A stretch of DNA of 64,000 nucleotides from Candidatus Adlerbacteria bacterium (GCA_903851045.1 CAINNF010000012.1:37189-101188); one strand, 5' to 3'; positions 49,684-59,876 are shown, counted from the first letter of the stretch. A program made the numbers and translations. Notes: generated from the sequence alone by a model not told the origin.

Positions 49684-49711
49684 AGTATAGTCGAATCTTA
49701 ATTTTTGTCAA
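49684..49711 (-). promoter_or_regulatory. sigma70 promoter
   Basis: TTGACA-16 nt-TATACT on the minus strand, pointing to the small-ORF/alpha-CTD cluster. Confidence 0.65.
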
Positions 49712-49859
49712 GTCCTAGTGACATAACTAAATATAAAATACTAAAAAAGGCCTTATATATAGCCATAATATGTATTATATAAATCAATACACATTGACGT
49801 ACAATAGTCCAATGCGCGTATAGTATTGACTTAGAGCTTTGACTATGTTAATCTCTTGA

Positions 49860-50130
49860 CAAGAGCTCCTTGGAGTTCTGGATTGATAGGCTTTCTTGCC
49901 CAGCTGCAATCCGCTGGACTAAAAACGCTGAAAACTGGGCAAATTTTTCGCGGCACAACATGCCGCAAAAAGGAAGATCATGAGAAACCCAGGTGATGGC
50001 GGCGGCATCTGACACCTGTCGGATGTCGACGTCATGAAAATCGGTCAGGAATTCCTGGCCTGAACATCGTGTGATTGGTAGACTAGGGGCGGTTCACGAG
50101 GTGCATGCCGCACCCCGAGAACCGCCTTTC
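49860..50130 (+). ncRNA. Candidate ~270-nt structured sRNA with own promoter and terminator
   Basis: TTGACT-17-TAATCT at 49826..49854; four stems; terminator GGCGGTTC…GAACCGCC-TTTC. Confidence 0.45.
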
Positions 50131-50136
50131 AATATT

Positions 50137-50889
50137 TTACCCCTCCTGCCCCATGTCCCATAAAAGAGAAAACAGTGCGTTCATACTTTGGGCTATTTCC
50201 TCACTTTCAATGACAACTCCGAATATCTTTTTTCGTAGAGCCATAATGGCGACCGTGTGGTCATATATGTAGATATCCGAACTGATGGGCATTTTTTCAT
50301 ATGGGATAAATCGCCTCTCAGTATTCGACACTATGTCCGTAGGCGCCAGCGGTCTATCTTTTCGTGTATATACAGTCTTTACTTGAATACCTTTTGCAGC
50401 TCTCTTCTTGGCATACTCGGTTCGCTCTTCCTCACTAAAAACCTGTTCAAGCGCATCATGTGCATATATCGACCTTAGTTCTGTCCCGGCAGGAAGCTGC
50501 AAAAAACCTTCCCGCATAGCGGTAATTCCTTCCTTACCGCTAAAAAAACGTACGAGCGGCTTGTCACCAGCACTTGCGAACTGACGCAGCAGATCAGGCA
50601 ACAATACATTAAGCTCCTTCTCCTTCACGTCAAACTCTTGGCGCTTTAGTTCGAACGTGCGCTTGAGATATTCGGGTGACTCTGGTGCAAAATAGGTTTT
50701 TTTTCCCTCTTCGTAGGTGCTCATGAGTCCCTTCTTCATAAGCGACTCGAGCTGTACATAGGTCGTCGAGCGGACGATCTTGGCGTGTTTGGCAAGTTGG
50801 TCGGCCGTCGCGCGCCCTATCTCCAGGGCAGCGAGATATACTCGCGCCTCTTTATCCGAGAGTCCAAAATCCTGCAACTCTTGTAGCAT
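50137..50889 (-). CDS. TrmB-family transcriptional regulator
   Basis: GLSDKEARVYLA.L, RSTTY..L..L..KGL, RFF.GKEG, IYD..V. Confidence 0.92.
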   Translation of the reverse strand: MLQELQDFGLSDKEARVYLAALEIGRATADQLAKHAKIVRSTTYVQLESLMKKGLMSTYEEGKKTYFAPESPEYLKRTFELKRQEFDVKEKELNVLLPDLLRQFASAGDKPLVRFFSGKEGITAMREGFLQLPAGTELRSIYAHDALEQVFSEEERTEYAKKRAAKGIQVKTVYTRKDRPLAPTDIVSNTERRFIPYEKMPISSDIYIYDHTVAIMALRKKIFGVVIESEEIAQSMNALFSLLWDMGQEG

Positions 50890-50949
50890 GGTCTTAATTG
50901 TATACGATATTTTAGCCGTAAAGTATACTTTCTCTGGTACGTATAAAAA

Positions 50950-51906
50950 CTACTCTTGCGATTCCTTTCCCTCACTCGCGCTCCTTGCTATCCGGGCTTT
51001 CGTCATCTTCAAACTCCTGTCGATCTGTTCGCAGACCCTGTCCCCTCTGAACATCCCAAGGGGGAGCGATGATTTTTCCTCAAGCATCTTCTGGAGCACA
51101 AGTCGAGCCTTCTGGCAGAATGCGGCAACATTTCGTTGACCTTGTGTTGGATGCTCTCCTCGAAGGGCATACGCTTCGTACACCTCGAGCTGCTCGACCA
51201 CCTGCTTCAAGATCATGTGTTGGATGGGGTGTGTGCGCAATTTCTCTTTTTTTACTCTATGTGTCTCCTTCTCCAACCAGAGGTCCGCCAACTCTTCCAC
51301 TACACCACGTTCGACCCCCACCACGGTTCGGGGAACGTTTCGTAACGTCTCTTTCGTTCCTGCCGACTCATAGTATTTAATTTTTGCAGCCTCTCCCCTA
51401 TCGATTTCCTCTAAGATGCGACGAAATTTATTCGGTACTGCCCACTCGCCGAACGAGACGTCTACCGCGAGCGCCAAGTGGCGACGCCCTCCGGACGGGT
51501 CGGTCATTTCTATGACTATATCGACACCGTTCACTATGTCGTCATAGGGAGTGGTCCGTACCGCCACTACCCCCTCACCTAACCATCCAGACTCGTTCAC
51601 TTCGTCATATACCACACCCTCAAACACGTCTGCTGCAAACTTTGCCTCACGATGTTCGGCGCGCTCCCTCGGTGAAAGTCTTTGCTCGTCCGATGCGAAT
51701 CTTTTCTTACACTCCTCGACCGTTCGTTTGTCTGCTTCTACTGTGTTGCCGGGTGATGCCCCGAAAGAATCCATATCGACACCGGTTTTAAATACGGTCG
51801 CCGACATGCGGCCGTGGGCGTCACGTAGCGTCTTTTGCGCGCGTTCCCGATCCTCCCGAGCAAACACATCCGCAAGGGTCGCTCTCCGTGGTCCTTCTCT
51901 AAACAT
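50950..51906 (-). CDS. Hypothetical protein (possible PD-(D/E)xK-like fold)
   Basis: 318 aa; T..YDD..NGVD…LAVDV pattern. Confidence 0.7.
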   Translation of the reverse strand: MFREGPRRATLADVFAREDRERAQKTLRDAHGRMSATVFKTGVDMDSFGASPGNTVEADKRTVEECKKRFASDEQRLSPRERAEHREAKFAADVFEGVVYDEVNESGWLGEGVVAVRTTPYDDIVNGVDIVIEMTDPSGGRRHLALAVDVSFGEWAVPNKFRRILEEIDRGEAAKIKYYESAGTKETLRNVPRTVVGVERGVVEELADLWLEKETHRVKKEKLRTHPIQHMILKQVVEQLEVYEAYALRGEHPTQGQRNVAAFCQKARLVLQKMLEEKSSLPLGMFRGDRVCEQIDRSLKMTKARIARSASEGKESQE

Positions 51907-51977
51907 ATCCTATATGCTACCGCACAACAGCGCAGGATAAAAATTGCGCGCAGTGGCCAATTTGGTAGTATGTTTGT

Positions 51978-52619
51978 ATGCAAGATAAGACGATCTACAA
52001 CCAACTGGTGCCCATGGTCATCGAAAAGTCGCCGTATGGTGAGCGGGCTTTCGATATTTATTCACGACTGCTCAAAGACCGTATCGTGTTCCTCGGTGGA
52101 CCGATCGACGACAATGTGGCCAATTTAACCATTGCCCAGCTCCTTTTTTTGGCCTCCGAAGACCCCAAGAAGGACATTATGCTCTACATCAATTCCCCTG
52201 GCGGCTCAGTGACCTCGGCACTCGCGATGCTCGACACCATGTCCTACATCAAGCCGGATGTCGCGACGATCTGTGTCGGCATGGCAGCGTCGGCTGCGGC
52301 CATCCTCTTGGCGTGCGGTACGAAGGGCAAACGCTTTGCACTCCCGAACGCCGAAGTGATGATCCATCAGCCGTGGGGCGGTGCTCAGGGCCAGGCGACC
52401 GATATCGAGATCACGGCTCGCCACATCCTCGGTACCCGTGACCGTCTCAACAAGATCCTCTCAAAGGCGACTGGGCAAACCCTTGCCAAGATCGAGAGTG
52501 ACGTCGAGCGCGACTACTTCATGAGCGCGGAAGAAGCCAAAAAATATGGTATCGTCGATGATGTTTTTTCGACCAAACATTCTTTGACTCCGACCGTGAC
52601 TCCAAAAAGTACTAAGTAA
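51978..52619 (+). CDS. clpP: ATP-dependent Clp protease proteolytic subunit
   Basis: [29 protein letters not shown]. Confidence 0.98.
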   Translation: MQDKTIYNQLVPMVIEKSPYGERAFDIYSRLLKDRIVFLGGPIDDNVANLTIAQLLFLASEDPKKDIMLYINSPGGSVTSALAMLDTMSYIKPDVATICVGMAASAAAILLACGTKGKRFALPNAEVMIHQPWGGAQGQATDIEITARHILGTRDRLNKILSKATGQTLAKIESDVERDYFMSAEEAKKYGIVDDVFSTKHSLTPTVTPKSTK

Positions 52620-52734
52620 ACGACCCAAGTAGCACAGAAGCCCAAAAAATTGCCCCATAAGGGGTTTTTTGGTATTGTTGAAGGCGTTCAAGAGCCTATT
52701 TTGAACCACATTAACTTTATGTCCACTTTCACAT

Positions 52735-54264
52735 ATGTCATTAAAAGTATTACTCTCGCTACTGGCACTAGCGGGGCTGGTGGGAGGCGTCATTGGATAC
52801 GTCTTCCGATTGCTCCTTTCGCTCGGTCGTAAGGGTTCGATAGAAGTAGAGGTCAAACAACTCTTACTGGATGCTCGGGAGGAGGCGAAGAACATCACCT
52901 CTCAAGCTGAGGAGGAGACGAAGCAGAAAATAGCGGTCGTTGAAGCGGAACTGCGCGAAAAAGAAGAGAAGACATCACGCGCCGAGGATCGCGTTTTTAA
53001 ACGTGAGGAGGCGCTCGACAGGAAACAGTTGGAGCTTGATAAGGAGATCAGCGCGGTCAAGGCGAAGATCGAAGAGATCCGATCCATCAAGGAGCGTGCC
53101 GACACATTACTTAGTGAGCGCAGCAACGAACTCGCGCGAGTCGCTGGCCTCACCAAGGAAGAGGCGCGTGAGCGGCTCTATGCGGAAATGAAGCGTGAGG
53201 CTGATGAGGACCTCATGGTGCGCCTCGCCAAACTTGAACGAGACGGGATGGACCGCCTCGAGCGTCGTGCTAAGGAGATCCTCACGACCGCTATACACCG
53301 TCTCGGCAACTCGGTCGCATCTGACACTATGGCGACCGCGGTCACTATCCCTAATGATGAGCTGAAGGGAAAGATCATCGGCAAAGAGGGCCGCAACATC
53401 AAAGCGCTTGAACGTGCGACCGGCGTCGAGATTATTATCGATGACACTCCCGGCTCGATACTTCTCTCCTCGTTCGATCCGATACGACGCGCCATCGCTC
53501 GCGTGTCGCTAGAGAACCTCATCGTCGACGGTCGTATCCAACCTGCCAAGATTGAGGAAACGGTAGAGAAAGCGAAGAGCGAAATAAACAAGATCATCAA
53601 GGAAAAGGCCGAGGCTGCCGCTTTTGAGGCAGGTGTACTCAATCTTGATCCGCGACTCTTGATGATCCTTGGACGACTGCACTTCCGAACCTCTTATGGT
53701 CAGTCGGTCCTCCAGCACTCAGTCGAAATGGCACACATTGCGGGTATGATCGCAGAGGAGGTCGGTGCGAATCCTTCGATAGCCCGAGCCGGAGCACTGC
53801 TTCACGACATAGGTAAGGCGCTCGACCACGAGGTACAGGGCACCCACGTCGAGATTGGCCGTCGTATACTCCAAAAATTCGGTGTTTCAGAGGAGGTGGT
53901 CAAGGCGATGCAGGCCCACCACGAAGAGTATCCATACGAGACTGTCGAGTCGGTCATCGTCCAGGTCGCCGACGCTATCTCTGGCGGCCGCCCAGGCGCA
54001 CGCCGCGACTCGGTCGAACAATATCTTAAGCGCCTTGCGGATATCGAAGAAATTGCAATGTCCTTCCCTGGTGTCGAGAAATGCTATGCCATTTCAGCCG
54101 GTCGTGAAGTGCGAGTATTCGTGAAACCAGACGAAATGAGCGACTTCGCCGCTCGCGAATTGGCACGCAACATCGCTCTGCGTATCGAAAACGAGCTCAA
54201 ATACCCAGGAGAGATCAAGGTTGCCGTCATCCGCGAGACACGAGCGATCGAGTTCGCCCGCTAG
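52735..54264 (+). CDS. rny: Ribonuclease Y
   Basis: N-terminal TM helix, coiled coil, KH (IIGKEGRNI), HD (LLHDIGK), RPGAR. Confidence 0.98.
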   Translation: MSLKVLLSLLALAGLVGGVIGYVFRLLLSLGRKGSIEVEVKQLLLDAREEAKNITSQAEEETKQKIAVVEAELREKEEKTSRAEDRVFKREEALDRKQLELDKEISAVKAKIEEIRSIKERADTLLSERSNELARVAGLTKEEARERLYAEMKREADEDLMVRLAKLERDGMDRLERRAKEILTTAIHRLGNSVASDTMATAVTIPNDELKGKIIGKEGRNIKALERATGVEIIIDDTPGSILLSSFDPIRRAIARVSLENLIVDGRIQPAKIEETVEKAKSEINKIIKEKAEAAAFEAGVLNLDPRLLMILGRLHFRTSYGQSVLQHSVEMAHIAGMIAEEVGANPSIARAGALLHDIGKALDHEVQGTHVEIGRRILQKFGVSEEVVKAMQAHHEEYPYETVESVIVQVADAISGGRPGARRDSVEQYLKRLADIEEIAMSFPGVEKCYAISAGREVRVFVKPDEMSDFAARELARNIALRIENELKYPGEIKVAVIRETRAIEFAR

Positions 54265-54312
54265 TCCCATCAACTAACGTAGTCTGACTGCGTTAGAACA
54301 TACAAGGAAATT

Positions 54313-54348
54313 GCGCCGGCGGGGGACATGTCCCCCGCCAGCGCTTTT
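54313..54348. terminator. Terminator between convergent genes
   Basis: GCGCCGGCGGGGGAC-at-GTCCCCCGCCAGCGC-TTTT. Confidence 0.75.
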
Positions 54349-54367
54349 GGCACCCTACAGAATTTCA

Positions 54368-54724
54368 CTACGGAATCGGCACTTCCTCAAACCGCGACTC
54401 CCATTCTGGATTGATAAGTTCAACCCGCACCATCTTCTCCCCGACAGCAATAACTCCAATTCTACGTATAAACAGGTGGGGTTGATCAAAACCAGCATAG
54501 CTCTCGTGTCGCCACTTCCACTCTTGCGTTACATGTTTGCCACCAGTGACAACATAGAGCCGCGAGAAGTAGGCTACTCCACGACCTAACCTTGAGTCAG
54601 ACCTCTCACCCAGAAGAACAGCGACGTCCCCAACTTCCCTCATTGACTCAACATCAACAGAAGCGTTCCGAAGAAGTTCTGTGGGTCGCAGCGTCTCCAA
54701 CACATACGCTCTATTGTTGTTCAT
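54368..54724 (-). CDS. Hypothetical protein, divergent from trmB
   Basis: SD AGGAG; 118 aa. Confidence 0.6.
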   Translation of the reverse strand: MNNNRAYVLETLRPTELLRNASVDVESMREVGDVAVLLGERSDSRLGRGVAYFSRLYVVTGGKHVTQEWKWRHESYAGFDQPHLFIRRIGVIAVGEKMVRVELINPEWESRFEEVPIP

Positions 54725-54873
54725 AACGAACACTTCTCCTGTTACGAGAACGCTGGATAAAATACACCAATATCTTATATCTGTCGACAAAATATGTCGT
54801 TCTTTGACAACATATAAACCAGTACTTTGCTTAATTTGTTGACTACTCACCAACAACCTCTATACTGTACCGT

Positions 54874-55632
54874 ATGTTGGAGAAGGAGTTTCAGGCACTT
54901 GGGTTCAATATGAACGAGAAAGATGTATATCTAGCGCTTGTGCAGCTGGGTAAAGCGTCGCCGGTACGTATCGCCAAAGAGACGGGCATTAATCGCACCA
55001 CTGTCTACAGCATCTCGCGCAAGCTCATCTCGCTCGGACTTGTTGGCGAGGACTTGAGCGCGAAAGCCGCCTACCTCTATGCCGAAAGACCCGAGGCGCT
55101 TAGACACATGTTCGCGAAAGAAGAGACCGCTTTACATACACGAAAAGCTCTCGCTGAGACCATCGCCCACGAAATCGCCGCATTACCATCAGCGGGCGCC
55201 TACTCTGTCCCACGTATCAAATTTGTAGAAGAAACCGACTTGAGTGAGTACCTGTACAGCGCGACCGAGCAGTGGGTCACGAGCGGCATGCAACGCGACA
55301 ACCTATGGTGGGGCTACCACGACGACTCGTTCACGAGCGAATACCGCGAGTGGATTGAGTGGTGTTGGAAGCGTTGGCCAGAGACGCACGTACGCCTCCT
55401 CAGCAACAAAGCCGAGGTCGAAGAACGACTATCCGAGAAATATGCACAGCGCATTACACGTACCCTGCCTGACACGCACGACTTCGATTCGAGCTTGTGG
55501 GTAATTGGCGACTATGTGCTCATGGTGCAGACGCGCGAGCGGCCACACTATCTCGTCGAGATCCATGACGCTGTCTTTGCTCGCAACCAACGTCAATTAT
55601 TCAAAAGTTTATGGAACCTTTCCTCACAATAA
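54874..55632 (+). CDS. TrmB-family transcriptional regulator
   Basis: GFN.NE..VYL.L, INRTTVY, L…GLV; promoter TTGACT-16-TATACT directly upstream. Confidence 0.9.
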   Translation: MLEKEFQALGFNMNEKDVYLALVQLGKASPVRIAKETGINRTTVYSISRKLISLGLVGEDLSAKAAYLYAERPEALRHMFAKEETALHTRKALAETIAHEIAALPSAGAYSVPRIKFVEETDLSEYLYSATEQWVTSGMQRDNLWWGYHDDSFTSEYREWIEWCWKRWPETHVRLLSNKAEVEERLSEKYAQRITRTLPDTHDFDSSLWVIGDYVLMVQTRERPHYLVEIHDAVFARNQRQLFKSLWNLSSQ

Positions 55633-55773
55633 GGAGGCGGTCTAGGCGCAGCCAACTGAGTTTGTGTCACCCATGGACACAAGACACTATCCCCGTGGCT
55701 CTATTGCAAGGTTTTTTGGAGGCGGTATACTGCTGTGGCAGGGCAAACTCTTTTATCAGTTATATTCATAGCT

Positions 55774-56046
55774 ATGAATAAACAAGAAATCGCAGAAAAA
55801 GTGCACGGCGTTCTTGGCACCACCAAAGCAGATGCTGAACGGGCAGTCGAGACGGTGGTTGAGTCTATTGTATCAGCCCTCAAAAAGGGCGACGAGGTCT
55901 CTATCGCAGGACTTGGTATCTTCAAGACCAAGGTCCGTGCAGCACGAGCCGCTCGCAATCCTCGTACTGGCGAGACGGTGCAGGTACCTTCGATGCGAGT
56001 GCCAAAGTTCCAACCAGCTAAAGCTCTTAAGGAGGCGGTCAAATAA
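55774..56046 (+). CDS. hup: DNA-binding protein HU
   Basis: MNK.E…G.G.F…R.AR.ARNP.TGE…PKF.P.K.LKEAV. Confidence 0.97.
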   Translation: MNKQEIAEKVHGVLGTTKADAERAVETVVESIVSALKKGDEVSIAGLGIFKTKVRAARAARNPRTGETVQVPSMRVPKFQPAKALKEAVK

Positions 56047-56066
56047 GTGTTGATAGATTCACAAAA

Positions 56067-56100
56067 ACAAAATCCCGCCAATATGGAGGCGGGATTTTGT
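56067..56100. terminator. Bidirectional terminator
   Basis: ACAAAATCCCGCC…GGCGGGATTTTGT. Confidence 0.8.
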
Positions 56101-56109
56101 TTTAACCTG

Positions 56110-56180
56110 TGCGGGATGGGAGAATCGAACTCCCCACCTCAGTTTGGAAAACTGATGTTTTACCAATAAACTAATCCCGC
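56110..56180 (-). tRNA. tRNA-Gly (TCC)
   Basis: Cloverleaf; anticodon arm TCAGT-TTTCCAA-ACTGA; GTTCGATTC T-loop; CCA not encoded. Confidence 0.95.
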
Positions 56181-56184
56181 AGCG

Positions 56185-56263
56185 CCCATCGTAGCCTTGG
56201 CGAAGAAGGGCCTTCGCTCGCCATAGCGAGCTTCGGCGGGCAAGCCCGCTAAGTTCGCGACGA
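56185..56263. repeat. REP-like hairpin repeats upstream of tRNA-Gly
   Basis: CCTTCG-CTCGC-CATA-GCGAG-CTTCGGCGGGCAAGCCCGC, plus an inverted copy. Confidence 0.75.
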
Positions 56264-56335
56264 TGAGTTACGTTAGAGTACCAGAGAACGGGTAGTACCT
56301 GCAATATCGCACGATTTCGATATACTAAAGGTGCT

Positions 56336-57511
56336 GTGTCGCTTCTAACCTCTACCCTCTCGATCTGTATGCATGTCTTACTTACCCTTGTCATGACGGT
56401 AGGTACATTTTGGCACACTGACAAACAACCAAACACTCTTACACCACCAAGACTTATCACTTCAACTACCACCACATCGTCGTCTGTGGTAATGCACACA
56501 ACCAGTGTGCCGTCCGTCGCCACAACAACCACAGCAAAAGCATCAGGAACATCGACAACGTATATCCCACCAAAGGCAGCTACTGTGCCTTCACACGCCA
56601 CAACCGCTCCTTTAGTAACTCAGACACCACTACCAACCAAAAAAGCTTCCTATCGCGACCCGGAGGCGGTAAACAATGAATTACGTCAAAACTTGGTCAA
56701 TATTTTATGCACCACCAAGGGTGGAGGGTATTTTCAGCCGCTGAGCGGCAGCGGAATCATAATAGGAGGTCAGGGTGTAATTCTTACGAACGCTCACGTT
56801 GCGCAATTCTTTTTGTTACGAGATTATCTTGTGACAGATAATGTCGACTGTATAGTGCGCACCGGGAGTCCTGCTACCGCGACATACCAAGCAACCTTGC
56901 TGTATCTTCCTCCTGCTTGGATTGCCGCAAATGCGAATCAGATCAAGGGCGGCGAAGCGGTAGGAAGTGGCGAGGATGACTATGCTTTTCTGCTTATTAC
57001 AGGCCGCATAGACGGGTCTACACAACCCCCAAGCTTTTCTAACCTGCTGTTCACCGCTGATACGCCAGACGTGGGTGAGCCGGTAGTACTCGACTCGTAC
57101 CCGGCACAATTTTTGGGTGGCAACGATATCCAGACGAATCTGTACGCAAGCGCATCGGTCTCGACCGTGCAAAAACTGTACACTTTTTCGAGCACAACTA
57201 AAACGGTAGATGCGGTGTCTTTAGGGAATCCGATCGTTTCGCAGTCTGGCTCTTCCGGTGGCCCCGTTGCAAGACTCACCGATGGCGCCCTATTCGGTAT
57301 CATTTCGACCGCAACCGCAGGAACGACGACCAGTAGTCGCGAACTTCGAGCCATAACACTTGCGCACATTGACCGTAGCCTTGCTGCATATGGCCAAGGA
57401 GGCCTCGTTTCTTTCCTGACAAGCGGCGACCTCGTCGAAAAGGCAAACGATTTCAATACCAACATCGCACCGAAACTCTCCAAACAACTTGAGGATGTGC
57501 TTGGAAACTAA
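56336..57511 (+). CDS. Secreted trypsin-like serine protease with Thr-rich linker
   Basis: GSG.I…ILTNAHV, D.A.L, GSSGGPV. Confidence 0.88.
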   Translation: MSLLTSTLSICMHVLLTLVMTVGTFWHTDKQPNTLTPPRLITSTTTTSSSVVMHTTSVPSVATTTTAKASGTSTTYIPPKAATVPSHATTAPLVTQTPLPTKKASYRDPEAVNNELRQNLVNILCTTKGGGYFQPLSGSGIIIGGQGVILTNAHVAQFFLLRDYLVTDNVDCIVRTGSPATATYQATLLYLPPAWIAANANQIKGGEAVGSGEDDYAFLLITGRIDGSTQPPSFSNLLFTADTPDVGEPVVLDSYPAQFLGGNDIQTNLYASASVSTVQKLYTFSSTTKTVDAVSLGNPIVSQSGSSGGPVARLTDGALFGIISTATAGTTTSSRELRAITLAHIDRSLAAYGQGGLVSFLTSGDLVEKANDFNTNIAPKLSKQLEDVLGN

Positions 57512-58245
57512 CGAACGATACGATCTATAAAATTTGGTATCAAGGACGATGCCTCTGGGGATTGTTTTATGATTGCATCAATATCGACTCCTTCTGGCAA
57601 CAATCCTGGCGAATTAAGCAGGCGTGACTTCATGTCCTCACCCGACAATTCGGGATGAAACTGTACCGTGTAGCCCGATGTGCCGTAGCGTAACGCGCTA
57701 GCTCGGCAAATAGCGCTATTTGCGAGCAATACTGCACCATCCGGCACTCCAGACAAACTGTCTTTATGCCCATATTGACCTACAAAAGTCTCTGGCAACG
57801 AACCAAACACCGCATCCTCTACACCTGCTTGTGTCAATATGACGGGAAATGAGCCTCGCTTTGTCTGCTCTTTGTCATGCAACACGGCCGTACCCTTCAC
57901 CTCCGCGACAATCTGGTGGCCATAACACACGCCAAAAAGAGGTAGGTCTTGAGACAGCAGGTGTTCGACCAACGGCCGCACACGTTCCAGGATGATCTTA
58001 GACGTCACTCGAGCAGGATCGCTCATTTCTCGCCCCCCATCAAAGTCGAAATCCCCCGATCCGCCGAAAATAACGCCATCCACACCCTCAAGCATACGTG
58101 GGGGTTCATGCCAAGGACGATTTTCGTCAAGCGATGAGATAAAATGGACTTCTGCCTTATCGCTAATAGTTCGCTGATACTTCTCTCGTTCAGACTCAAC
58201 AACCTCAACCCGCATGCGGGATTGTATGATAAGTATTCTTTTCAT
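57508..58245 (-). CDS. Class I glutamine amidotransferase
   Basis: GGSG, GVCYGHQ, QFHPE. Confidence 0.92.
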   Translation of the reverse strand: MKRILIIQSRMRVEVVESEREKYQRTISDKAEVHFISSLDENRPWHEPPRMLEGVDGVIFGGSGDFDFDGGREMSDPARVTSKIILERVRPLVEHLLSQDLPLFGVCYGHQIVAEVKGTAVLHDKEQTKRGSFPVILTQAGVEDAVFGSLPETFVGQYGHKDSLSGVPDGAVLLANSAICRASALRYGTSGYTVQFHPELSGEDMKSRLLNSPGLLPEGVDIDAIIKQSPEASSLIPNFIDRIVR

Positions 58246-58394
58246 AGTATTTTTTAGTATACATAAAAATTTGTAACCCTATACAAGCAAAGAAAAAGCT
58301 TGCGCAGTCAGCTCAGGACGGTGCGCAAGCTTATGTGGAACAAGAACGTGCTCGTGTGGTCGTTGGAGCAGAGCCGAGCTTAGCCGGAAACCTC

Positions 58395-58577
58395 TCAACT
58401 TGTTCTCTTGTTTCCTTCTACTTGTGTCGTGTGTGGCAGATCACCACCGGTCTGACCTTTGGGTTGCTGATTATCCACCACAGCGACAGGAACAGGCATG
58501 GTTGACTCGCCACAAACATCCCAATCTATCGGACCTGGACGTCCAGCCAAAAAGGGCCATGGTTTACTTGGAGTCAT
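58395..58577 (-). CDS. Small hypothetical protein
   Basis: Perfect SD GAGGAGG; flanked by hairpins at ~58298..58332 and ~58692..58731. Confidence 0.45.
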   Translation of the reverse strand: MTPSKPWPFLAGRPGPIDWDVCGESTMPVPVAVVDNQQPKGQTGGDLPHTTQVEGNKRTS

Positions 58578-58894
58578 ATGAGACCTCCTCTGTACGGTGT
58601 ACGATCCCCTCCTCCCGCTCCAACCCCTGTGGGTTGGTTCAGGTGGCGGTGTAAAAAAGAATCTTATATTCCTTACATCGACACCCGAACGAAAACAAAC
58701 AGAGCCCCCGTGGGAGCTCTGTTTGTTTTTTGCTTTCCTAAGTTTATTTAGAAGACTAGCAACCTACAAAACTCCCTCTGGTAAAGGTGGTGTCAGTAAA
58801 CCAGAAGAAATATGTATTCGCTCGCAATCTCACATTCCTACAATAATCAACGCGATCTGTTCAGTCAAGCTTTCCTGTTGTGGAAAGCAGCGTC

Positions 58895-59797
58895 TCATCT
58901 CGTCCACCGTGCATAGATACCGCATGGGAGTTCCCGTTTAGTGTTCTTTTCCCGTATAGAAAGCTCACCACATTCGACGGATCCACCGAACCTCCTCTCA
59001 AATCGTTCTAGATTATAAGCGAACGCAAGTGGGGAATATCCGGCAGCATATCCGCTCATGAGGACGAATAAGGGATCGTCAGACAAAACCTCGTTACATA
59101 AAGCAATGAGAGTAAGGAGATCGTCCTCTATCTTCCACAGCTCGTCTTTCGGTCCGTGCCCAAAAGCAGGAGGGTCCATAATTATGGCATCATATTTGTT
59201 ACCCCGTTTTACTTCCCTCTTGAGGAACACGAGCACATCCTCGGTTATCCAACGAATCGGCTTATTACTGAGACCTGATAATGCAGCATTCTCTCGTGCC
59301 CAAGCGACAGCCGTCTTCGACGCATCAACATGTGTGACTTCGGCCCCCATCTGTGCAGCTGCCAAAGTTGCTCCACCCGTATAAGCAAACAGATTAAGGA
59401 CCCGTGGCGGCATCCCAAGACCCCCTACCCTATCCCTGATCCAGTCCCAATTCGAAAGCTGTTCTGGGAATAGGCCGGTGTGTTTAAAAGACGTGGCACG
59501 GATCTGGAACTTGAGTCCACCAAACTCGACTTCCCACTGTCGAGGAAAGCCCTTCTTTGTCTTCCAATCCCCTTGTCCACGAGAAACAGTACTCCCCTGC
59601 CCCTTTGACCTCACATACAAACCATCAGCACTATTCCAGTCAGTTTTTGACAAATACTTCTCCCACAGTGCTTGAGGATCTGGCCGCGCCAACACTACTG
59701 AACCATATCGCTCAAGCTTCTCCTCTTCGCCTGAGTCAAGAAGCTCATAGTGCTGTTGAGGCAGCAAAGTTAGGGTTGCTCTTTTCATTATTAGCAA
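58895..59797 (-). CDS. RlmI/RlmK-like SAM-dependent methyltransferase
   Basis: KLERYG…RPDPQA.W, FKHTGLFPEQ, VLNLFAYTG, DPPAFG. Confidence 0.9.
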   Translation of the reverse strand: MLIMKRATLTLLPQQHYELLDSGEEEKLERYGSVVLARPDPQALWEKYLSKTDWNSADGLYVRSKGQGSTVSRGQGDWKTKKGFPRQWEVEFGGLKFQIRATSFKHTGLFPEQLSNWDWIRDRVGGLGMPPRVLNLFAYTGGATLAAAQMGAEVTHVDASKTAVAWARENAALSGLSNKPIRWITEDVLVFLKREVKRGNKYDAIIMDPPAFGHGPKDELWKIEDDLLTLIALCNEVLSDDPLFVLMSGYAAGYSPLAFAYNLERFERRFGGSVECGELSIREKNTKRELPCGIYARWTR

Positions 59798-59805
59798 TAT
59801 ATCTG

Positions 59806-59876
59806 TCGGGCCGCCGAGAATCGAACTCGGTCAACCTGCTCCCAAAGCAGGTGTACTACCGGTATACTACGGCCCG
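59806..59876 (-). tRNA. tRNA-Pro (TGG)
   Basis: Anticodon arm CCTGC-TTTGGGA-GCAGG; T-loop GTTCGATTC. Confidence 0.95.

Noticed and set aside
33662-51977. Prophage, ICE or transposon
   Set aside because: No integrase, transposase, terminase, capsid or relaxase motifs; no terminal repeats found.
58740-58890. Possible displaced tail of the glutamine amidotransferase gene (GLL..PEGV)
   Set aside because: Similarity too short, and its position does not fit the scar pattern.
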